From Octopus sinensis (Eukaryota), in assembly GCF_006345805.1 (NCBI RefSeq), contig NC_043018.1:28148001-28212000 (forward strand): 64,000 nt of DNA. The letters run 5' to 3'. Made by a program: the position numbers and the translations under genes. Below the pieces are notes generated by a model. The model did not search any database. It was not told where the DNA came from and saw only the letters and a list, made by a program, of their open reading frames with translations. The first letter of the stretch is position 1, and every line of letters begins with the position of its first letter. This document shows, piece after piece, positions 53,733 to 64,000 of this stretch.

Positions 53733-55189
53733 CAACCTTGCGAGACACACCCAGTCTCACCTTGTTACGTGTCCCAGTCGCTCGAAGATGAAGATCCATC
53801 TGTTCCATCAAATATATTACCTCAATGAACGTTCACATGACTAATCATTCAACAAATACACGTGACTTTTTGCGCAGTATCAATGTGACACGTGTGTATC
53901 ACACGGTGGTATCTTGGAATTATAGAAGCAATGCATCCAATGGGCGTTATGCCCTTCTTTGTGTGTTGAGTTCACAATACAACAGTTCAAACAGAACCAA
54001 CTATAAATTAAAGTTTTCAGAACTGACGCTTACCAGGATCGAACACGAAACCACAAGCTTACGAATATAATCAGGTACCGATCAGTACATCAATAAAAAT
54101 GAGTTTGAGAGCACATTAGAAGCACATCATTACTTTTAGCGTATCACTTTAAAGATTTTAAAATATATTCAGTTGAATAATTGGTCTCTTCAGATTTCTT
54201 AATTGCGAAGGAATTATCAGCGGAATTTTAAAATTGGTTTTACTGGTTATGCTTCATTCTCAGACGACACTATTGGATGAATTGTGAAGCAGGAATTTTC
54301 TATATATATATTTTTCTGAATTATAAACTACACCTGCCCAAACAACTAATTTTGTTTTTCCTTACGTCATTTGTGCATAAAACTTGTCTAATTTTGTGGA
54401 AATTGACTTCGAAATAAGTTTACAAATAGGTTTGCTGAAAGTGAATACACGTGTTCTCCGAACTTTTAATATTTATGTTTGTTCTTAAGAAGGTAAGCCA
54501 TTACAAACGCTCTACCTACTCGATGTTCTGTATCACCAACTTACACATGTTTGCCAAACGTATACACTCTTTCGAACAAATATATAACAAACTGCCTCCC
54601 GAACCATTTACAATAATTAGACTAATATGACCTTCTAACATACAGGGGGATTCAAATGTCGCCATATATAGGAACAATTTATCTTTTTATAAGAAACTGT
54701 TTATAAGAAAAGTTTTTTTTTCCCTTTAACAGGCTCTATATGGTTACCAGTGTTTTGAATACAATAAATAAAATAAGAAAACTAAAATGCTAGACGATTA
54801 AAACAAAATGATAAGATTTCGATCTTCATGTGTTCTAAAAGAATTTACAATTTTATTTGTTAGATAATTTGATGTAGAAATTACTGGTGTTTCTGAAGCA
54901 AACGTACATTGCATTGGTGTAAATTATTATTCTCCCAACTAATGTGAATCGGAAATTTCTTTTTCCAATATCACAGCTATATCAGTCTTCAAGTGTATAG
55001 ACAGAAATTGTTTTCTAACCCCGCAACCTATCTTTTGCTGGTTGTGAGGATAGAAAATGATAATACGTTAAGGGTGACTAGAGTGTAAATTAAAGCATCT
55101 GGTATTTGAAGAAACAACCAGAAGAATTTTGCATATTTAACAAAATAATAAAAAAAAGATGTTTGCAAGTAATCAGAAACATTTTAGAG

Positions 55190-56330
55190 TAAGTTCAGGA
55201 GTGAAGATCAACATTGACTTTTCACTTCGTTGACTTTGAAAAGGCTTTCGACTCAGTCTACCGTGATGAGCTGTGAGAAATAAGGAGATTGTTCGGCATT
55301 CCTCACAAGCTGACGAGGATTATGTCTTCTTCTTCTTCTTCTTCTTCTTCTTCTTCTTCTTCTTCCCCTCCCCTTCTTCCAATCAGGACTCACGCCATTA
55401 GCCTCAAAGAATAATCTCTAATTCGAACCTACTCTAAGCTACTAAGAATGCGTGTGGCAACTTGAAGATCCACCCACCACACGCGACAGACTCGCGGTTG
55501 CACGGGCGCGAAAGCTACGTGGTTATCGTCATTCCGTAAACGGTGGCTTTTAACGGGTGGAGAGCTGAACCATCTTTCGGTACAGAGGATTCGCAATTTA
55601 GACTAGGGTCTGAAAGTTTACCACACCATTGTGTGTAACACCATGGTTCCTCTGGTTTGTGGCAGAAGTAGGAAGAAAGAGTGAGAGAAAGTTGTGGTGA
55701 AAGAGTACAGCGGGGTTCACCACCACCCCCGCCGGAGAAGCGTGGAGCTTAGGTGTTTTTGCTCAATAAACACTCACAATGCCCGGTCTGGGAATCGAAA
55801 CCGCGTTCTTACGACCGTGGGTTCGCTGCTCTAACCACTGGGTCATTGCGACTCCACCGAGGATGATGTAGACCATGTACGACAAGAACAAGACAAGGGG
55901 GTTTAAGGTTACAACTAGTGTCCAAGCAGGGATGTTCCGTGTGAGGCTTCCTGTTTCTCATGGCAATAGACTGGACCGTGCGAAGAACCACAGTAAGGCA
56001 TAGGAACGGCATTAGATGGAACCTCACGAGCACGCTCGAACATCTCTACTTTATCAACGACGTAGTGTTGCTATCATCCACGTACGGATACACCCAGAGC
56101 GAGATACGTAGATTGGCAGAGAACGCGGACAGGAAAATGTAAAGCACTAAGGAAGAATAATAGAAGACAAGCTTGGCGACGACGAGGTGAAAGACGTCGA
56201 AAATTTTTTTACCTCGATCGGACACTCAAGAAAAACTGAGGGGAAATGGAGGGATATAAAGAAGAGAATATCCAGTCTGTTTTAGCACAGACTTGGCAGA
56301 CACGCGTCTCATACCCAAATCTTCAGTGGC
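55190..56330 (+). mobile_element. RTE-clade LINE RT remnant interrupted by (TTC)n and a SINE
   Basis: FVDFEKAFDSVYRDEL*...FGIPHKL; then KQGC...FLFLMAIDW...GIRWNLTSTLEHLYFINDVVLLS. Confidence 0.7.
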
Positions 56331-56689
56331 AATGGACTGAACTGAACCGTAACTAATCTGCACATTTTCTGATAACTCATGGATGGTGATTCGACGATTT
56401 CCCCTTACAACTTCACAAACACCTGCTATGTTCTTCTCAGTTCTTATTTCTTTATTGCCAAGAAGAGGCTAAACATAGAGGGGACAAACAAGGACAGACA
56501 AGGGGATTAAGTCGATTACATCGACCTCAGTGCGCAACTGGTACTTAATTTATCGACTCCGAAAAGATGAAAAGCAAAGTTGACCTCGGCGGAATTTGAA
56601 CTCAGAACATAAAGATAGACGAAAAACTGCTAAGCATTTCGCCAGGCGTGCTAACGTTTCTGCCAGCTCGCCGCCTTAAATGTTGTTCT

Positions 56690-57050
56690 CAGTTCTGCTG
56701 GTTGCAGGTCTGTCTTCCAGAACGTTCGTGATTATCGACATTTTTTTCGGTCAAGTTGGAAACGTCTGAACCACTCGTACACTTGTGTGCGGCTCGTACA
56801 TTTCTCTCCATACACTTTCTGCAACTTTGCGTCGGACTCTGAGCAGGTACCATCAAGCTTTTGGAAAAAATTGCTGTAGATTCTCTGCTCAACTTTCTCT
56901 GTCATGATCAATTCAGTGGTAAAACTAAATTCTCCAAGACATTTACCATCACACTGTACCATTTTCTACCGACACACTCTTCTTGCATTTAACATGTCGC
57001 AATAAATTCTATTAAATTCGGATTGGAGGAAAATGTTGTAAAATTCAGCC
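56690..57050 (-). mobile_element. Mariner transposase N-terminal remnant
   Basis: EQRIYSNFFQKL...KLQKVYGEKCTSRTQVYEWFRRFQ, then DNHERSGR after a frameshift. Confidence 0.75.
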
Positions 57051-59542
57051 ACACCAAAACCTTTCAAGATCGTATTGTTACTTTACTAAATCCATCACAA
57101 TAAATTCTAGCTTTGTGTTTGTTGTTTGAGGCTTTTTCTCCCTTCCGTTTATCAGTTTTTCTTGTATTTATTTTTGTATCCACCGTTCATTTTCAAATGT
57201 TATTATCTCACTCAGTATAATTCAGGAGAATTCCGTATAACTTACAGGAATCAAGCGAGAGAATTGAAACATTATATATTTCGACGTGAATCCGCATTGC
57301 ACTTTCTCCTTCCTCCACCTCTATACCTCACTGTGCAAATCCATTTATCTTCATTTTCGCACAAATGCCAGCTGGGATTTGTCAGTGGCAATATTAACAC
57401 CGACAAAATACTCCAGTTGAAACGAATACCACATTTTGAAATTGCTATGTATACGTAGGACGTAAAGGGCCATATACGTTTCTCATACAATTTCACCAAA
57501 TAAAGTTTAAAATGTCAAGTCAATTAAATCGTGGAGAATCTACTAAGAAAACATTTTATGTAATGAAACCAGAGAGGAAACTGTCAGTTTGTCTTCGGAA
57601 TTGGTTTAACACGGCTTTCTGGGGAACAAAGTGCAAGTTTTGGTTCATCTACAGATCTACAGCAGGGACACCGAGCAATAAGTTTAATCTCAAATGTGAA
57701 CACAAGACAGGTTTTATACAAAAATATTTTACTCATTTTGACATTTAGTTGATTAATTTATTTTTTATTTTAATTTGTCAATAAGCTAATTAGGTAGCGA
57801 TTTATTTTGATTACGAGTGAAAATAGCAATCAACTCTCTCTCTCTCTCTCTCTCGTGCTCTCGCTCTCGCTCTCTCTCTCTCGTTCTCTCTCTCTCGCTC
57901 TCTCTCTCTCGTTCTCTCGCTCTCGCTCTCTCTCTCTCGCTCTCTCTCGTAAATCTGTGAGATTATATAATAGTGGATCATCCCCAATGCTCTCCTCTTA
58001 CGGATAAACAAAAATTAAATTTAACTGATGCATATTTATTGAAATCATACCCCATTTACATAAGAAGAGGAGTAAGTTGGAGCGAGTGGGGGAGATCATA
58101 ATTAACAGAAAAGGTTTGTTTTTCCCCCTATACGAAAGAAAATCTAAAATAGTTGAAGAATATTGCATACGTCATACATTATAACAAACCTGAATTTATT
58201 TTTTTCATTCACGAATTGGTTTCAAATTTTGGCATAAGGCCAGCAATTTAGTGGGGTGGGGTGGCAAGTAGTTTACATCGACCCCAGCGATCAGCTGGTG
58301 TTTATTTTATCGAACCTGAAAACTTAAAAGGCAAAGATGCCCCCGGCAACATTTAAACGTAAAGGTGGACGAAATACCTACTTTTTTTACTACCCACAAG
58401 GTGTTAAACACAGGGGACAAACAAGGACAGACAAACAGATTAAGTCGATTACATCGACCCCAGTGCGTAACTGGTACTTAATTTATCAACCCCGAAAGGA
58501 TGGAAGGCAATGTCGACCTCGCCGGAATTTGAACTCAGAACGTAACGGCAGACGAAATACGGCTACGCATTTCGCCCGGCGTGCTAACGTTTCTGCCAGA
58601 TGGACGAAATACCGCTAAGCTTTTTTCCTGGCGCGTTAACTACCAAAATTAATAAATACGTATCGGATAGAACAAAACAACTAGAGGAAATTCCTTTTCT
58701 TCCAGAATGTCTTCGACTAAGGAATCGAATGTCTTCCTTAGACATGTACGTCGTAAAGGAGAATGTGTTCTGTGATGAAACAGCACGATCAGAATATTCA
58801 CGTTCGAATCAGCCAGAACTTGAGTATAATTTTTGATGTGGTTTCTATTTGAATCATGCGGCTCCACGGCTTCTAGTCATCTACAAAGAAAAGGTGAGCG
58901 ATTTTATTGGACCCATTCCTCTGGCTTCTGTGTCTAGTGATTAGATCTTACTGGGATAGGGGTCAGTAAGAGTACAAAGAATAGTATAAACAAGGTGTCC
59001 TTTTGGTGGTGTATAGTGTGAGATTTGTTTTCTTCATTGTCAACTCCAAGAAGTATCAGTGTTTGGTTTTGTGGTGGAAGGCAGCTATTAGTGGTGGTGG
59101 TGGTAATAGTAGTTCATCGTTTTGATTCTCGTTGTTCAGCGTGCATATGATGTGGTGGCAGACATCAGCACGGTTCAGCAAAGAATTTGTTTGCTGAAGT
59201 TATTGAAGAGAGCCGTGAACTCTTGCTAGATTCATTAGTCCAGGGCTGTTTGTGGCTGACGAGACACATGACGTTGAAACAATGGCTACTCCAAACTCTT
59301 TCGTACTAATGAATCTAGGGTGTTATAAATTCATATTCGCCATAAATGTGAAACCGTTCTATGGTGACGAAGCAAAAATTAATTAATATATTCACAACCG
59401 AATCTTCCGCAACATAATAGGAATAAATATACTGATTATTGCTATTAATTTTAATAGTATTAAAATATGAGTTTTGTAATTACCTTCTTTTATATATTAG
59501 GTCGTCCCATAAATAATGCTGTTTGTTTATACTCTCTTTCCT

Positions 59543-59905
59543 TTTACTCTCTTTTACTTGTTTCAGTCATTTGACTGCGGCCATGCTGGAGCACCGCCTT
59601 TAATCGAGCAACTCGACCCCGGGACTTATTCTTTTTGTAAGCCCAGTACTTATTCTATCGGTCTCTTTTGCCGAACAGCTAAGTAACGGGGACCTAAACA
59701 CACCAGCATCGGTTGTCAAGCAATGTTAGGGGGACAAACACATACACACACGCACACATATATATATATATACATACATATATACGACGGGCTTCTTTCA
59801 GTTTCCGTCTACCAAATCTACTCACAAGGCTTTGGTCGGCCCGAGGCTATAGTAGAATAATCATGTGGTTGGTAAACAAGCTACTTACCACACAGCCACT
59901 CCTGC
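59543..59905 (-). mobile_element. SINE family B
   Basis: Reverse copy with an internal deletion in the head. Confidence 0.88.
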
Positions 59906-61174
59906 ACCTAATATACTACTTATATTTATATACTAGTTATATTTTTCAAAATTTTTCTTTAATCTAAAATATACTCGCCTTTATTTTCTACAATGCCCTT
60001 TCATCCATCTGGTAGACTAGCAAGGACCCTCTTACAAAATTTATTTGCACATGACGAGGACTTGGATACCATAAAAATTATACGGAGAGACAAGCGGCAC
60101 ACAAATGGCACATAAATGCCTGAATGGAGGTGGCACATGAGCAGCTACTTCCGGGAAATAGAGCCAATGATTATAGCGATAGAAACAGCAGACTGGAATC
60201 AGTTTTACAACGTTTTACAACGTTGCTTATGAATGAAGGCATTTACGATGCAGTCACATACGGATATTTTGACCAATCTATAAAGAAAATAAATATACTT
60301 CCCTCGTAAGACCACATGCTTTTAAACAACTGTGAACGAGGAATGATCCCATTGTTTCGCTTCTTACCAATAATCAAGATTTTCTAACGCCAACGCTCTG
60401 TTTCGTGCCAGAAGGCGGTAGCAGAATTTAGTCATTAAAATTGTAATTAAGATTGTGCCAATGCACAACTCATTATTTACAAAGTGAAATATGTCTGACA
60501 CATCGAAATTAATTATTAAAGAACCTATAAATCTTAGTTATGACTTATGCATGTACGGAATGATATCTCTACGTATTTATGATGAAGAATGGTTAGAATA
60601 ATAGTAAAAGGAGAATGAAGTACTATGAATTACTATGTATGCAATATATTGGCTTCAAATTTTGAAACAAGGATAGCAATTTTGGGATGGGTTAATCGAT
60701 TACATTGACCACACAGCTCAACTGCTGCTTGTTTTATCGATTCGAAAACATAGAAAGCAAAGTCTACTTTTGCAGAATTTGAAGCCAGAACGTAAAGACG
60801 GATGAAATGTCACTATGCATTTTGACCGGCGCGCTAACGATTTTACCAGCTCGCCATCTTGCTACGAATACAATACATTACTTATTTTTATTCTGTGGTG
60901 TTTCTTTTGACTGCGTACGTCATCACCCTACGCTCGATTCCATTGATAACAGTGATACTGTATGTGTTTGGTTAACACATGGACATTCAAAGGCTCTTAT
61001 TAGATTATATAGTTATGCATATAGTTCTCAAATATTGCAACCGGTGTTTATTATTTTTTCATGATTTTCCAAAATTATTAAGTCCAACAACGCATGAATT
61101 CCAGCTTAGGTCTGGAACCTGACAGTTTTGACATCTGGGATCGAGTGATTCATTGGAAATATCCTACCTGACTT

Positions 61175-61249
<75 letters not shown>

Positions 61250-61654
61250 ATACACACTCACACACACACGTGTGTGTGTGTGTACGTTCGTGCGTGGGTA
61301 ATGTAGGCGCGTGGCATAGTGGTTACGTTGTTGCATTCACGATCGTCAGAACATGGGTTCTATTTTTGGGCCGAACTACGCATTTTATTCCTGAGCAAAA
61401 CACCTCATGTGATGTTGCTCCAGTCCCCACTCTGCTGTAAACGGGTAACTCTGTGGTGGAATCGGTTTCTGATCCTGGGACTTTTGGCCCGATTGCCTAA
61501 CGAGTGAGCTGGCATCGTTCGAATGACAAACAAAAATCAATGCAAAGCGCATTGTGACCAATAAAGTATAACAGTTAATAGTCTGGTCAACGACACGATC
61601 TCGTGGTATTATATATACATATATTCAAATGTATATATACATGTATACATATAT

Positions 61655-64000
61655 ATTCCCGAAGTTCAGCGAACTATTTACACTGGCCATGCGTGACTCC
61701 CCTGATGTGATAGCTATCACCGAGACTTGGCTGACTCCAGCAGTAAAGGACTCAGAAATCCACCTACAGGGCTGCCTCCTCTTCAGATGTGACAGAGAAA
61801 AAAGGCGAGGTGGAGGTGTTGCTGTTTATGTTAAATCTGATCACAAACCGTCCAGCGGTATTCTACCCACTAATGCTCAACCTACAACAAAATTCGATGC
61901 CGTCTATTGCAAGCTGAGCCTATCTGAGTTTTGCCTGCCCGTGTTAGCTGTCTACAGGCCGCCTCTTGCCGACCCCCAGGACGATGCTCATTTACTCGAA
62001 GCGATAAGATTCGTTTCAGCTTCTCATGGCTGTTTGATATTAGGAGGCTTCAACGCTCCAACGATCGATTGGCCCGCATCAATTTGTACAATATCTTCCC
62101 GGTTCGGCCAGGCCCTTCTTGACGTGGCTGAAGATTGTTTTCTATCGCAACATGTTGAATATCCGACAAGGCATCGGTCTGGGCAGCAGCCATCTATGCT
62201 GGATCTGGTATTCTCTCGCTATCCAAGATCAGTGTCAGACGTATCTGTGTGCGCCCTTCTTGCCAAGAGTGATAATGCGGTCCTGAAGTTCGTCATGCAC
62301 ACAACTTTTTCTACGCTGACGACTACTTCGCTGCCACGTAGAGTCTTCTCTGCAATTAATCTTGAAATTCTAACCGAGGCTTCCGCGCTTCTGGACTGGC
62401 GATCCCTGATGACGTTGTCCGTTGTCCTCAGTTGACGAACTATGGTCATCCCTCAAAGCATATGTAATCTGGTTGACTGACCAGGCAGTTCCCGTTGGGC
62501 TTCCCAAGAAGAAGAAACACAAGCCCTGGGTGACAAAGAAGGTTAAACGAGAACTTTTTCAACTATTTTCAAACAAGATGATGGTCGTGAACCCCCTCCA
62601 TTTGATAGATCGGTACCTCCAATGCTACGATTGGTCATCACGCGGGACGAAGTCAAACGTGTTATTCAAGGCCTCGATGTCAACAAGGGTCACGGTCCTG
62701 ACGGCATACACTCACGGGTTATCAAAGCGTTGGCTCCGGTCATCTGCGAGCCCTTAACACGTCTATTCAATATGTCATTGGCGACGGGTGTTATACCTGC
62801 GGACTGGAGAACAGCGATAATCTGCCCAATTTTCAAGAAAGGGAGCCGCGAAGACCCGCTTAACTACCGACTGGTTTCCCTTACATCAATAATCAGCAAG
62901 ATGTTCGAAACCATCCTTAAGAAAAGTATGATGCTCCACCTCCAAAACACAGCCTCTATCTCTGATTCCCAACACGGCTTCGTGCCGAAGAGATCATGCT
63001 TGACCAACTTACTGGTAATGGAAGAATTGGTGACGCGCATCCTCGATGATAGTGACGCTGTTGACATCGTTTTATTGGACTTTGCCAAAGCTTTTGACTC
63101 GGTAAACCACCGCCAATTACTTGTCAAGCTTCAAGTATATAGTTTCCCTCCGGATATTGTACGATGGGTTGGTGCCTTCCTCTCAGATCGCTCCTTCCAA
63201 GTCCAAGTTAATGGTTCGCGGTCCGACGCCTCCAGTGCGAGCAGTGGCGTGCCTCAAGGTTCAGTGCTTGGTCCCTTATTGTTCTTAGTCTTCATAAATG
63301 ACTTGCCCGACGACCTCACGCAACACACCCTTCTATTTGCCGACGATGTCAAACTAGTCGCTCCTCGCGTTGATATAGAGGATCTTCGTCGATGCCTCCA
63401 CCAAATTTGGAGGTGGTCTAACGAATGGGACCTGTGTCTGAACGTGTCAAAGTGCTGTCATCTACCTGTCGGCTCTCCTCCTGCAACTGAACTTGATTTC
63501 GAGCCGGGTCGTCTGCTGCTGGAGAGGACCGATCAAGTAAAGGACCTGGGTATCTTGGTGGATTCCTCCTTTTCGCCTTCGGTCCAGTGCGTCCATGCTG
63601 CCAACAAAGCACGCGGAATTCTGTTCTTGATTCGACGGTCATTCGGAATGCTCACAGCAGCCATATTCCTACCACTCTATGTCACGCTGGTGAGACCCAT
63701 ATTGGAGTACGAGATTCAAGCCTCTTCTCCTTATCTCCTCAAAGACATACATCATCTCGAAAGAGTCCAGAAGCTGGCTACCCGCATGGTTCATGGTCAC
63801 AAAAATTTGTCTTATGAAGAAAGCTGAGGACGCTCGACCTTTATTCTCTAGAAAAACGCCGCCCCGTGGTGATCTTATTCTCGCTCACAACATCATAAGC
63901 GGAAAGTGTAACCTCTCGAAAGAGCTGTTCTTCGCTCCTGCTCCAGAACGTCGGCTGCGGGATCATTCCGAAAAGCTCTACCTGCGACGATTTCATCTCA
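61655..64000 (+). mobile_element. Second CR1-group LINE family: 5'-truncated, frameshifted ORF2 (APE + RT), runs off the window end
   Basis: IAITETWL, RRGGGVAVYV, LDLVFS; then GPDG, QHGFVPKRSC, LDFAKAFDSV, GVPQGSVLGP, LFADDVK, and LYSLEKRR after a frameshift near 63825. The APE-RT linker looks internally deleted near 62560-62620. Confidence 0.93.

Noticed and set aside
59250-59290. CTGACGA...GAAAC hammerhead-like string
   Set aside because: No NUH triplet in register, and stems II and III are marginal.

Overview
AT-rich, microsatellite-dense, gene-poor animal DNA. The SINE families suggest an octopod cephalopod (inference). No intact host protein-coding gene is supported; most listed ORFs are translations of simple repeats. 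The dominant structure is a 10.3-kb satellite (42264-52569) of ~489-bp units: 14 units in one orientation and 7 inverted, joined at ~49081. Every unit carries a type I hammerhead ribozyme motif (107 nt; CUGAUGA core, GAAA, GUA cleavage triplet, 8-bp stem I, 68-nt stem II, self-complementary helix III), so the array looks like a non-LTR retrozyme locus that could yield ~489-nt self-cleaving, probably circular RNAs. The left arm also has a 5-unit higher-order repeat. Elsewhere there are Penelope-type minimal hammerheads (one intact, and a pair with an apparent G3:C8 core variant) and a near full-length CR1-group LINE whose 3' stem-loop is shared, with compensatory changes, by an abundant SINE. 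The window also holds other LINE remnants (CR1-group, RTE, Tx1/L1), mariner relics, a 6-bp-TSD MITE with TAACCC repeats, many tRNA-derived SINEs and local inverted duplications. All structures and alignments were read by eye.
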